A stretch of 64,000 nt of DNA, taken from a virus. Lineage: Duplodnaviria > Heunggongvirae > Uroviricota > Caudoviricetes. Each line of letters starts with the position of its first letter. Within the stretch, counting starts at the first letter, position 1. The notes under the pieces were generated by a model. The model made no database searches and was not told the DNA's origin. It worked only from the letters and a program-made list of their open reading frames with translations. The stretch lies in IMG/VR virus record IMGVR_UViG_3300042398_001452; one strand, 5' to 3'. The position numbers and the translations under genes were made by a program. Shown piece by piece: positions 1 to 9,556 of the stretch.

Positions 1-2
1 AA

Positions 3-278
3 AGATTGGGGTTTTTAAAAATCCCTCTTGTATCTGTGGGTGATTTAAAAAAGAGAAAGTATTATTGGGATTTGGACGATTTCAAAAAATCTAAAACTAC
101 AGGTAATATAAGATACTTAAAGGGATTGGGTTCACTCTCTTTAGAAGATTGGGAATGGGTTATGAGTAACAAACAATTGATATCTATAGAGGAGAGTGAG
201 GATAGTAAAGAAAAACTAGATATGGCATTCGGTGATTCTTCTGAGTTAAGAAAAAAATGGTTATCGAATACCAAGTAG
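3..278 (+). CDS. Type II DNA topoisomerase subunit B, C-terminal fragment (5' truncated by window; T4 gp39/gp60-like)
   Basis: IRYLKGLGSLS motif and AFG..SELRKKWL, typical of the GyrB/ParE C-terminus; frame open to the window edge. Confidence 0.8.
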   Translation, partial: RLGFLKIPLVSVGDLKKRKYYWDLDDFKKSKTTGNIRYLKGLGSLSLEDWEWVMSNKQLISIEESEDSKEKLDMAFGDSSELRKKWLSNTK

Positions 279-298
279 AGATATCTAAATATTAAATG

Positions 299-306
299 GA
301 TATATA
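299..306 (+). promoter_or_regulatory. GATATATA box, putative late promoter (representative copy)
   Basis: Exact GATATATA 5 nt before ATG 312; the same octamer precedes many other starts in the left 41.6 kb. Confidence 0.55.
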
Positions 307-311
307 CTGAG

Positions 312-1058
312 ATGATTCTAAAGTTAAAAGATTTTATTATAGAGCAGGAAACAACGGGAGGAGAAGCCTCTTTATCTGCTCCTTCTACAAGTTCTAAAAA
401 GAACTTAACTATAAATTGGTTAAAGCCAGATCTAGGTGAGGAGATATCACATTATGATGATAAGGCCAAATTAGAATTTTATCAACATAATATAACAATA
501 GGGAATAAAGACATAGGTAGAACCGCTCCAAGAGCAACTAAATTCTATAAATACATTTCTGAACCTTTTAAAAAAGGTCACTTTGAAAATGTTCCTATAG
601 TATCTGAAGGAAGTTTTGATGTTAACAGTATACAAAACTTTATGGTTTATGAATTTGATAATATAGTTAACGGAGCTTATGGAAGAGCTTATGGAGATGT
701 ACTTATCAAAACAACAGAGGAACTAAAAAAGAGAGGAAAACTTGATTTGCCCGCTCCAGTAATAATAAAATTTATAAATTTCGGAGAAACTAGAACATCA
801 GAAGAAGCTAGTTATTATTTATTCTCTGGAAATAGAATTGCAAATTTAGCACTTCAATATAATATACCTATAAAAGCTTGGGTTGTCGATTTAATACCTT
901 CAAGAAGAGATGTTAGACAATTTGCTGAACAATCTGGCTTAACATCAGATCCTAATAAATTCAAAAAACTTCTAAGAAGAGAAACAGGTAAAGAAAGCAT
1001 TGACGATCTAAATGCTAGAGAAAGATTTAAAATCATCCAGTCTCTTAAGAATTTTTAA
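312..1058 (+). CDS. Hypothetical protein with capsid-targeting-like N-terminus; weak ParB/Srx-like C-terminal region
   Basis: N-term MILKLKDFIIEQE; PVII...YYLFSGNR...IPIKAWVV loosely resembles the ParB-N GxxR box. Confidence 0.5.
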   Translation: MILKLKDFIIEQETTGGEASLSAPSTSSKKNLTINWLKPDLGEEISHYDDKAKLEFYQHNITIGNKDIGRTAPRATKFYKYISEPFKKGHFENVPIVSEGSFDVNSIQNFMVYEFDNIVNGAYGRAYGDVLIKTTEELKKRGKLDLPAPVIIKFINFGETRTSEEASYYLFSGNRIANLALQYNIPIKAWVVDLIPSRRDVRQFAEQSGLTSDPNKFKKLLRRETGKESIDDLNARERFKIIQSLKNF

Positions 1059-1072
1059 TCTACCTTTATGGT

Positions 1073-1990
1073 ATGAAATACAATACTAGAATGGGATATT
1101 GTTGTCTTTGTCTTTCCCTCGAGAAAGAAAAGGTAACAACAAATAGAGGAATGATTAAAAAAACATTCTTAGAGAAGGGAATAGAATACGTCTCTGAATT
1201 ATGTGTTAAAAACACGGAGGATCTAATAAGGATCATAAAATTTAACGGAGAGAAAGGAATAAGAATGTATCGGATGAGTTCAGATATGTTTCCTTGGATG
1301 TCAGAATATGAAATATCAGATCTTCCAGACTTCGAAAAAATAAAAAGTAATCTCAAAAAAGCTGGTGATCTTTCTAAAGAGTTAGACCAGAGATTAAGTT
1401 TTCACCCCTCACCATATTGTGTTATTGCTTCAGAGAATCCTTTAGTTGTACAAAAATCTATAAAAGAACTTATACAACATGCAGAAATAATGGATATAAT
1501 GGAATTAGATAGAAGCTATAAATATCCCATTAATATACATATAAACACTACTAAGCCAACTAAGGAGGAAGCAGCTTTTAGATTTATTAGATCATATAAT
1601 GATCTTCCCGATGGCGTTAAAAAAAGACTAGTAGTTGAAAATGATGATAAAAAAAGCCAATTTACTCCTTCAGATTTATATAATATGATATATAAGAAGG
1701 CTGGAATACCTATAACTTATGACTTTTTACATCATAAGTGTAATCCAGACGACTTATCTGAAGTAGAAGCTTTAGATCTTTGTATTTCCACATGGCCTAG
1801 TAATACAACAGCTCTAACTCACTTTTCAGATTCAAGAAAGCTCTTTGAAGATTCTACTGCTAAAGAAGTAGCACACTCCGATTGGATTTGGAGTAAAATA
1901 GAAACTTATGATAGAGTTTTCGATATAGAATTAGAGGTGAAGATGAAAGATCTAGCCTTGTTGAAATACTTAGATGAATGGAAGAAATAG
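1073..1990 (+). CDS. uvsE: UV DNA damage endonuclease
   Basis: MYRMSSDMFP, RLSFHP, RLVVENDD, IPITYDFLHH, HSD and ELEVKMKD match UVDE conserved motifs. Confidence 0.9.
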   Translation: MKYNTRMGYCCLCLSLEKEKVTTNRGMIKKTFLEKGIEYVSELCVKNTEDLIRIIKFNGEKGIRMYRMSSDMFPWMSEYEISDLPDFEKIKSNLKKAGDLSKELDQRLSFHPSPYCVIASENPLVVQKSIKELIQHAEIMDIMELDRSYKYPINIHINTTKPTKEEAAFRFIRSYNDLPDGVKKRLVVENDDKKSQFTPSDLYNMIYKKAGIPITYDFLHHKCNPDDLSEVEALDLCISTWPSNTTALTHFSDSRKLFEDSTAKEVAHSDWIWSKIETYDRVFDIELEVKMKDLALLKYLDEWKK

Positions 1991-2184
1991 ATTTAACTAA
2001 TTCCAGATGGAGTCCAGAAGATGAAATATACCTTCTGAGTGTGGTTGAGGGTATAAGAGATAATTATCCTGAAGCAGATTTAGAAGAAGAACTAAAAAAT
2101 TCGGGGTATTTGCTAGAGGATCTCAAGGATCCAAATAAGATTGTTTTATTTATGAAGATCCTGAATGAAAAATATCCGGATTGA
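1978..2184 (+). CDS. Small acidic hypothetical protein
   Basis: 68-aa ORF overlapping the uvsE stop, same strand. Confidence 0.55.
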   Translation: MEEIDLTNSRWSPEDEIYLLSVVEGIRDNYPEADLEEELKNSGYLLEDLKDPNKIVLFMKILNEKYPD

Positions 2185-2316
2185 TGAAAATATTAAAAAA
2201 CGCAATCTTTTTCCCCTTATATCTATTATTTGGGTTTTTTATCTATGCCCTTCTATTTTTCTATGAATTTCCTCTTATAATTTTTAATATTTTTTCAACA
2301 ACTAAAAAGGATAAGA

Positions 2317-3387
2317 TTGGTTAACTACTATGAAATTCTAGGCGTACAAGATAATGCCGACCAGGAAACTATAAAGAAAGCTTATAGGATAATGGCTAAA
2401 AAATATCATCCAGATAAAAATAATGATCCTAATGCTGAAGAGCACTTTAAAAAAATAACGGAAGCTTACGAAAACATAGGAGATCCAGATAAAAGAAAGG
2501 ATTACGACAGGAAGAGGAGTTTTAAAAACCATTTTTTTGACGGGTTTAGTAATTTCGGATGGAATGATACTGGAGGATTTGATAATTTTGGCAATAGATC
2601 ACATAAAGATCCTTTCTCTAATCACTATAATCCAGATTTTAATCAAGATCCTAAAGGAAGTCACTTGAATATAACACTTAAGGTTACATTCGAGGATGTT
2701 ATGAATGGTGTTATTAAAAAAATAAAGCTGAAGAGGGACAAAAAATGTGGTCCTTGTAAAGCAACAGGATCTGAGGGAGGTTCTTCGTTCCAAACGTGCG
2801 GAACATGTAATGGATCTGGGTATGTTTCAGTAAATAGAATAAATGGATTTGTTCAAGTAAATAGTGTTGCTTCATGTAATATTTGTTGGGGTACAGGAAA
2901 ATTAGTATTAGAAGCTTGTTTATATTGTCTAGGAAATGGATTATTAAACGATGATGATATTATAGAAATAAATATTCCGGCTGGTTCTTCTGATGGTATG
3001 CAATTTGTTGTTGCAAATAAAGGAAATGATGGCAAGGGTAACGGACTTCCTGGAGATTTATATGTCAAAATAAAAGAAATTCCTAGCGATAGATTTATTA
3101 GAAAAGGAACGGATCTTGTCGAAGCTAGAGAGATATCTTTTATAGATGCAGTACTAGGGAAAAATATAGATGTGCAAATGCCAGACGGCGAAAAACTAAA
3201 AGCCGTTATATCTCCAGGAACAATACCAGGAACAATACTTAAATTCTCTCAGAGGGGTATACCTAATTTAGGATATGGAGGGAGAGGTGATTTCCTTATA
3301 GAGATAAACATAAGAATACCTTCATATCTTTCTGAAGACGAGAAGAGATTTATGGAAGAATTAAGAGAATACGACATTTTTAAATAA
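2317..3387 (+). CDS. dnaJ: Full-length class A DnaJ chaperone
   Basis: J domain with HPD, G/F-rich linker, four CxxCxGxG repeats, C-terminal GDL..GDF domains; TTG start. Confidence 0.93.
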   Translation: MVNYYEILGVQDNADQETIKKAYRIMAKKYHPDKNNDPNAEEHFKKITEAYENIGDPDKRKDYDRKRSFKNHFFDGFSNFGWNDTGGFDNFGNRSHKDPFSNHYNPDFNQDPKGSHLNITLKVTFEDVMNGVIKKIKLKRDKKCGPCKATGSEGGSSFQTCGTCNGSGYVSVNRINGFVQVNSVASCNICWGTGKLVLEACLYCLGNGLLNDDDIIEINIPAGSSDGMQFVVANKGNDGKGNGLPGDLYVKIKEIPSDRFIRKGTDLVEAREISFIDAVLGKNIDVQMPDGEKLKAVISPGTIPGTILKFSQRGIPNLGYGGRGDFLIEINIRIPSYLSEDEKRFMEELREYDIFK

Positions 3388-3394
3388 AATAAAT

Positions 3395-3721
3395 ATGGAA
3401 TCTTTTATATTTTTTATACTTTCAGTTTGGGGTTTAACCCATATATTAGTATCATCTAAAATTTTTGAAGGTCTTAGGAATTGGCTATTGATATCATTTC
3501 CTTTCTTTGGTGAAATGCTCAACTGTTACCAATGTACTTCATTCTGGACTTCGATTATTCTATACTTCTTTTTTAACAATCTACATATAGATTCGGTATC
3601 TTTCCATATTATCAATGGATATAGAATTGGTGTTGATTGTTTATTGTGGGGATTTATTGGATCTGGATTAGTTTCTTTTATAGCACTAATAATGTCTATA
3701 ATGATTAAAAAGACTAAATAG
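3395..3721 (+). CDS. Membrane protein, DUF1360-like
   Basis: Hydrophobic helices with central LNCYQCTSFW (CxxC-W). Confidence 0.55.
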   Translation: MESFIFFILSVWGLTHILVSSKIFEGLRNWLLISFPFFGEMLNCYQCTSFWTSIILYFFFNNLHIDSVSFHIINGYRIGVDCLLWGFIGSGLVSFIALIMSIMIKKTK

Positions 3722-3740
3722 TTTTTTGATATATAGATAT

Positions 3741-5258
3741 ATGGAAAAAAAGATTAAAATTCTATCGTTCAACCAATTTATGAACGAACAAGAAACAGTC
3801 CAAGGAGCAACTGGATCTACTACTACTACTGATACTAGCAAACCAGATAGACCTGAAACAGACAGAGAGGCTAAGTCTAGAATAGCATTCGATATAATAA
3901 AAGGTATTTTTGGTGACGTTGAGGGAGTAACAGGTGGTGTTGATAGTATGATAGAACAAACCAAAGAGGTTAAAGAATCTTTGCCTTATAGAGGATGCGG
4001 AACAAACGAACCTTATAAATTAGAAAAAACACCCTTATCTGTTCTTACTATAAAGATATTATTAAACTATTTACAGAAAGAAGGCAAAGGTGATTACAAT
4101 AAATCTATAAAAGAACTGGCAGAAAAAAGGGCAGTTATATTAGGAGTTAGAAGTAGACTTGATGTAAAAAAGGAAACAGCAAATCAAGATAGATTCTGCG
4201 ATGCCTTATATTATATCCCTGCAAATGCTAGTGATGGGACAGGTAGTTCTTCTGCTACTGGACCTACAGGATCAACTGGAGCAACAGGAGCTAAAACAGC
4301 AGATAAAGGAAAGAAAAATGAATCTTATCTTTTTGATATAATAGATCAAAAAATAAATGAACTAGAATATATTTCAGAATCAGGGGTATGGACATTCCAA
4401 CAATTTGAGGATCTTAAAATTAAGAGAGACAATATACTAGAAAGTAGAGAACTTTTAGAAAATGGTGAAATAACTGAGGATGAATTTATAGAGATAAATG
4501 AGGACTTTCTAGGAGTAGGTAAGATTTTACAAGGATTAGGAGGAGATAAGACTGGAAAAAAATATGGTCCAACTGGTCCAACTGGTCCAGCGGGATCAAC
4601 AGGAGGTACAGGAAGTACTGGAGCTGTAAACATGGGGGATATGGTAAATCCTTATCAGATAACAACAGTAGCCAGCTTAGCTTATTATGGGAAAAAACCT
4701 ATGAATCCTAAAGGTGTTGGTATAAAGCTACCAGGGGATACAGCTTATGTACTACAAGAAGCAAGTTTAGGGGGTAAGCAAAAATACAAAATGATGGTGG
4801 AATCCCAAAAAATTAAAGTTGGAAGATACCCTATAGGTGTTATTAAATATGAGACCTATAAACCTGCTGAAGAATACGAAGAAAGCTGCGGAATGCACAT
4901 ACACAGATCATCAACTAATGGTGTTGGTATTTGTATAGGTCCTTGGTCTGCTGGATGCCAAGTTTTTGCTGATAATAATGAATGGAACGACTTCATATCT
5001 AAAGCAACTAATGAATCAATGAATTCTGGTAAATTCATTTATGCTTTAATCCAGCTAGATGATATACCTAAAGAAGTTCTTGAATCTGCTTTAATCGGAG
5101 TTGAATACACTGGTCCTAAGGAGGTTGTTCAGGCAACAGGATCAACAGGATCAACAGGATCAACAGCAAGCACAGATACAAAAAAATCTACTAAGCAAGA
5201 TTATGCAGGTAAGCTAAAGAATTTTGGTAGATTAAAGGATCAGAAAGGGGAAGATTAG
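3741..5258 (+). CDS. Putative YkuD/L,D-transpeptidase-like protein with GxT low-complexity tracts and capsid-targeting-like N-terminus
   Basis: Start set at ATG 3741 after GATATATA 3728-3735; KILSFNQFMNEQE; C-terminal HIH..WSAGCQVF (H-x-S-x-GC); GATGSTG/GPTGPTG repeats. Confidence 0.5.
   Translation: MEKKIKILSFNQFMNEQETVQGATGSTTTTDTSKPDRPETDREAKSRIAFDIIKGIFGDVEGVTGGVDSMIEQTKEVKESLPYRGCGTNEPYKLEKTPLSVLTIKILLNYLQKEGKGDYNKSIKELAEKRAVILGVRSRLDVKKETANQDRFCDALYYIPANASDGTGSSSATGPTGSTGATGAKTADKGKKNESYLFDIIDQKINELEYISESGVWTFQQFEDLKIKRDNILESRELLENGEITEDEFIEINEDFLGVGKILQGLGGDKTGKKYGPTGPTGPAGSTGGTGSTGAVNMGDMVNPYQITTVASLAYYGKKPMNPKGVGIKLPGDTAYVLQEASLGGKQKYKMMVESQKIKVGRYPIGVIKYETYKPAEEYEESCGMHIHRSSTNGVGICIGPWSAGCQVFADNNEWNDFISKATNESMNSGKFIYALIQLDDIPKEVLESALIGVEYTGPKEVVQATGSTGSTGSTASTDTKKSTKQDYAGKLKNFGRLKDQKGED
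5134..5167 (+). repeat. 9-bp coding tandem repeat (CAACAGGAT)n encoding TGS repeats
   Basis: Visible directly, about 4 copies. Confidence 0.8.
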
Positions 5259-5286
5259 AAACTTTCCCTGTAGTTTTCCATAAAAT
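5258..5286 (+). promoter_or_regulatory. Putative class II promoter GAAACTT-N16-TAAAAT
   Basis: Same bipartite spacing recurs at 11061(+), 57760(+), 25732(-), 26941(-), 28191(-). Confidence 0.45.
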
Positions 5287-5307
5287 GTTTATATCATAAA
5301 GCATTAA

Positions 5308-6723
5308 GTGGAAAATAAAATAACAATCTCAGATCAAATAAATACGGATTATAGGAAGTATGCTCTTTATGTTATACAGAGTAGAGGTATACCTAATTTC
5401 TATGACGCATTAACACCGGTACAAAGATTAATATTACAAAATTCTCCTAGCACTTTTAAAAAAACAGTGGGTGTAATAGGAGAGGTTTTTAGTACAGGAT
5501 TATACCATCACGGAGATTCTTCTATGGCTCAGGCCATATCCAAATTAGCAAGGCCTTTTTCTTGTTCAGACCAAATATTACTAGGAGATGGTTTTTTTGG
5601 AACACCTGTAAATCCTGTTCCTTCTGCTCCTAGATATACACAGGTAAAAATATCCAATAAGTACAAGGAGATAATAGAAAAATATAAAGACCTAAATATA
5701 CCAAACGAAGAGGGAGGATTTGATTGGATACACGTTGATTATCCTGTTGGATTATCCACACATATAGTTGGTATTGCTGTGGGATATAAATCGAACATAC
5801 TTCCAAGAAAACCAGAAGATGTAGTTTCTTATCTAGAAGGAAATAAATCCAAGAAGATTAAACCATATTTCAGAGGATTCAAAGGAAAGATAAGTAAGAT
5901 GGATTCACTTAAATCTGCTTGGTTGATAGAAGGAGATATTGATATAGATTTCCATTCTAGAACATTTAAGATAAATTCTATATCACCACTACAGAGATAT
6001 GAATCTTTCTTTATTAGACTTAATAATCTCTTAGACCGTAGCGGTATAAATTATAAAATGGATAATTTCTCGACTGATGATGTAAAAATATCTATAAAAT
6101 TTAGATGTACTGACCAAGAATTTAAAGATATCTCAAATCTAGTAGCTAAGGAGACTAAACAAATAGTAACAGAGAATATAGTTTTTGTTAGGAACGGATC
6201 AGTTCTGGAATATGATTACATAGAGGAATATTTAGAAGACTTTATTGTACAGAGAGAAAAAACAATACTAAAAAGGTTAGAGAGGGATTTAATTTATCTA
6301 ACAGAAAATTTAGAATTTCTTGAAGCTAAGCTTAAATTTCTTACTTTTATGCAAGAGAAAAAAAGAGGGAATGATGAGGTCTTAGAATTTTTGTCCAATT
6401 ATAAGAAAGAAATATCTAGAAGACTTGAATCTATATCTCTTGTAAAATTAACGAAGGAAGAAATAATTAAGACCAAAGAGGAAATTAATTCAGTTAAATC
6501 TGATATAAAGAATAAGAACATTGATATTAAAAATCAGAAAGATAGGGTTAAAAAAGTAGAGAAAGAGAATTCTTTAATAAGAAAAACATCTAAATCTAGA
6601 ATGACATCACTTTTAGAAGATGTAAGAGAAGATTTCCATAATGGAATAAGAATTTTTGATCCAGAGGATGAAATTTTAGAAGATGTAGAACAAGAAAATG
6701 AATTAAATATAGAAAATGAGTAA
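5308..6723 (+). CDS. Type II DNA topoisomerase subunit A (GyrA/ParC/T4 gp52-like)
   Basis: YALYVIQSRGIP..DALTPVQR, YHHGDSS, SAPRYT (catalytic Tyr), GIAVGY; GTG start. Confidence 0.9.
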   Translation: MENKITISDQINTDYRKYALYVIQSRGIPNFYDALTPVQRLILQNSPSTFKKTVGVIGEVFSTGLYHHGDSSMAQAISKLARPFSCSDQILLGDGFFGTPVNPVPSAPRYTQVKISNKYKEIIEKYKDLNIPNEEGGFDWIHVDYPVGLSTHIVGIAVGYKSNILPRKPEDVVSYLEGNKSKKIKPYFRGFKGKISKMDSLKSAWLIEGDIDIDFHSRTFKINSISPLQRYESFFIRLNNLLDRSGINYKMDNFSTDDVKISIKFRCTDQEFKDISNLVAKETKQIVTENIVFVRNGSVLEYDYIEEYLEDFIVQREKTILKRLERDLIYLTENLEFLEAKLKFLTFMQEKKRGNDEVLEFLSNYKKEISRRLESISLVKLTKEEIIKTKEEINSVKSDIKNKNIDIKNQKDRVKKVEKENSLIRKTSKSRMTSLLEDVREDFHNGIRIFDPEDEILEDVEQENELNIENE

Positions 6724-7483
6724 GAAACAACAAAACTGGAATTTTAGGATAACCAACCCGGGTAATTTCATATCCTTTTTGAAAAAATTGAAATTGGTAG
6801 ACAAGAGTGTTCCTTTAGAAATAGAAGGAGGTAATTTATTTGCTAAAGTTAGAACACCTGATAAGTCTGTTATAAAATATGTAAGCGTAGACATCAATGA
6901 TATCTTAGAGGGTGACTTACCTCCTAATAGATTAAAAATAGGTATACTAGAAATAAACAAGCTAATAGATGTATTTAAATATTTTGGTCCAGAGGAGGAA
7001 TTAAATCTTTCGGTAGATTCTCAGCCTTATGATTCAGATCTAATAGCAACTGGTTTAAAATTTTCATCTAACACATTAAATATATTTGTAAAATGTGCAG
7101 ACATTAGCTTATTAGCTTATATAGATGATAACATACAAAGACAAATACACTCAACAGATGGTTCGGAAGTAAACTTTGAAATATCAAAGGAAAGCTTTCA
7201 AAAGGTTTCTTCTTTAACAGGTATCGAATCTAATTCAGAAGAGCTTTTAAATTTTGATATAGAGGAAGATGGTGTAACCATTAGAGGTAATTCTTTTCAG
7301 TACCATCTAATTAAGGGGAAGAAGCCTAACGGATTTAACGATTCTAGTGTTTATACAATATACAAGAATCAATTCTCTTATATAGATCAAGAAAATTCAG
7401 AGATTCATTTTCATGATAATAGAATATTAGTTAAATCGACTGAATCTGATTCTATGATCGCAATAGGTTTAGTAGAGGTATAA
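6716..7483 (+). CDS. Putative DNA polymerase sliding clamp (gp45/PCNA-like)
   Basis: 255 aa, two-halved alpha/beta pattern, between topoisomerase A and polymerase; no diagnostic motif. Confidence 0.4.
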   Translation: MSKKQQNWNFRITNPGNFISFLKKLKLVDKSVPLEIEGGNLFAKVRTPDKSVIKYVSVDINDILEGDLPPNRLKIGILEINKLIDVFKYFGPEEELNLSVDSQPYDSDLIATGLKFSSNTLNIFVKCADISLLAYIDDNIQRQIHSTDGSEVNFEISKESFQKVSSLTGIESNSEELLNFDIEEDGVTIRGNSFQYHLIKGKKPNGFNDSSVYTIYKNQFSYIDQENSEIHFHDNRILVKSTESDSMIAIGLVEV

Positions 7484-7484
7484 A

Positions 7485-8654
7485 ATGGAGGAAACTGATT
7501 ACATGTTGATGAGCTTAGAAGAGCTCAATAAAAAACTTGAGGAGTATCAAAAAAAATCATCTGATTTTTACAATACTGAACAAGGTATTAAATTAACTCT
7601 TAACAGTATATACGGAGCGACTGGAAATCAGTATTTTGCTCTATTCAATACTGATGTTGCAGAGAGTGTCACCCTACAAGGTCAAGATATTTGGAAGTTT
7701 GCGGAAAAAATAGTAAACAGATATTTTAATGATATGTGGCATCTCGATACAGATCTCCATGAAAAAATGGGGGTTAGTAATGTTAGGAAGTTAACTCTTG
7801 ATTTTATTATCTATGGTGACACTGATTCCAATTATATAAACCTTGGAGCCGTTATGGATTCTTGTGAATTTGACTATGATCCATTTGAATTTGTAAAGAG
7901 ACTTAATGAATATAGGCTTAAGGATTATATTAAGAAATGCTACGAGATATATGCTAAAAAATGGAATACTGATAACTACCAGGACTTTGAGCTGGAAAGT
8001 TTATCATATTCTGGTATATTTCTAGGAAAGAAAAAGTATGTACTCCATATAGCTTGGCAAGATCCAAATAAAGATCTTTTCCCTAAGCTTTCTAAGATAA
8101 AATCAACAGGTATAGAACTTGCACAAGGTGGAACTGCTCCTTTTGCAAGAGAGAAACTTACATTCCTTCTTCGCCATATATTTGAGAAAGGTAAATCTTT
8201 TGATATCAGAGAATTTGTAAAAATATTAAAGGAAATAAAGAACGAATTTAAAGTACAGAGTCCAGATCAGATATCAGTTGGTACCTCAGTTAATAATATA
8301 GAAAAATTTATAGTTAATGATACAAATAAGTTTGAAGTTGCTAAGGGATGTCCTATGCACGTAAGAGCTGCTGGATATCATAACTATATACTAAATAACT
8401 CCAAACACAAAGCTAAATACAGCTTAATAAGATCATCGGAGAAAATAAAATTCTATTACGTTAAGGTTAATAGCGAGAAAGAAAATAACGTATTTGGATA
8501 TCTTAATGGATCCTATCCTTATGAATTTGCTCCTCCTGTTGATTTTGACGAACAGTTTAATAGAGTAATACTAGATCCCATAAATAGATTCATAGAATCT
8601 ATGGGATATTCACCTTTATCACCTAATCTTTTACTAGTAAGAGCATTGTTTTAA
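7485..8654 (+). CDS. polB: Family B DNA polymerase, C-terminal (fingers-palm-thumb) subunit of a split enzyme
   Basis: KLTLNSIYG (motif B), YGDTDS (motif C), KKKY; no exonuclease domain or motif A in this ORF. Confidence 0.9.
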   Translation: MEETDYMLMSLEELNKKLEEYQKKSSDFYNTEQGIKLTLNSIYGATGNQYFALFNTDVAESVTLQGQDIWKFAEKIVNRYFNDMWHLDTDLHEKMGVSNVRKLTLDFIIYGDTDSNYINLGAVMDSCEFDYDPFEFVKRLNEYRLKDYIKKCYEIYAKKWNTDNYQDFELESLSYSGIFLGKKKYVLHIAWQDPNKDLFPKLSKIKSTGIELAQGGTAPFAREKLTFLLRHIFEKGKSFDIREFVKILKEIKNEFKVQSPDQISVGTSVNNIEKFIVNDTNKFEVAKGCPMHVRAAGYHNYILNNSKHKAKYSLIRSSEKIKFYYVKVNSEKENNVFGYLNGSYPYEFAPPVDFDEQFNRVILDPINRFIESMGYSPLSPNLLLVRALF

Positions 8655-8689
8655 CTCCCTTGGATATATAAGGAGAGCAATTAAAAAAC

Positions 8690-9547
8690 ATGTCAAATAA
8701 AAGGATAAAAGATTTCAATTCATTTGTTAATGAATCTTATTATAATGATCTAGATGAGGGTATTTTTTCTACTATTAAAAAGTATGGAAAAATGGCTTTG
8801 GATTGGTCTTACCAGCTTCTCAAGAATATTATAGATGGACTGGTAGCTCCTATACCTTATGGACCTAAAAAGGGACTTCCTACCATCATGCTTTTTATAC
8901 CCGGGCCAAACGGTACAATCTACGATCAGATGATGAAATATGAAAAGGGAATGGATCCTATATCTAATAGGACATTGTCTATGAGTGAATCTAAAATGGA
9001 CGACACCTTTTCATTAGAAGATGATAGAACATCTAAACAATCATTTTCCCGTTATAAGTCTCAAGAATTACCTCTTATTCATTCAGCTATCGGAGACGAT
9101 GAAGATATTAAATCCGTGGATTCTAGAAATGGTATAGTGGAAACGTATTCTAAAAAAACTAAGGGAATCAATTCAAGGAGTATATTTATTAAGTCCGATA
9201 GTGATAAGAAAAAAATGGAATCTGTTGCTTCAGCAGGAGATAGCTTAGTGATTCCTGTACTTTATATGGAATTAAAATACATAAAATCTTCAGATCTTTT
9301 CAGAGAGGGCGAAGTAAATATTTCAAATATATTACCTCCGAATAATGGAAAAAATGACAAAGGAGGTATAATATTTTTAGAAAACTTAGATGAAGCAGAA
9401 AGAAATATAATTGAATATTTTACTAAGTTATCTAAGGAGGGATCTGCTGATGGATACAGTCTTCCTAGTAAATGGGTTATAGTAGCATCTGGTAAAAACC
9501 CTGATCTTATTGGTGACATATCAGGATTTAGTGTAAAAGATAAATAA
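8690..9547 (+). CDS. Capsid-targeting-motif protein with degenerate AAA+-like C-terminal segment
   Basis: N-term RIKDFNSFVNESY; GGIIFLENLDEA...YSLPSKWVIVASG resembles AAA_5 Walker B/sensor-1; no Walker A. Confidence 0.45.
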   Translation: MSNKRIKDFNSFVNESYYNDLDEGIFSTIKKYGKMALDWSYQLLKNIIDGLVAPIPYGPKKGLPTIMLFIPGPNGTIYDQMMKYEKGMDPISNRTLSMSESKMDDTFSLEDDRTSKQSFSRYKSQELPLIHSAIGDDEDIKSVDSRNGIVETYSKKTKGINSRSIFIKSDSDKKKMESVASAGDSLVIPVLYMELKYIKSSDLFREGEVNISNILPPNNGKNDKGGIIFLENLDEAERNIIEYFTKLSKEGSADGYSLPSKWVIVASGKNPDLIGDISGFSVKDK

Positions 9548-9556
9548 TTAATCACA

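Noticed and set aside
5308-8654. Inteins or self-splicing introns in topoisomerase/polymerase
   Set aside because: No Cys/Ser start with His-Asn end block and no LAGLIDADG/HNH insert; motifs are contiguous
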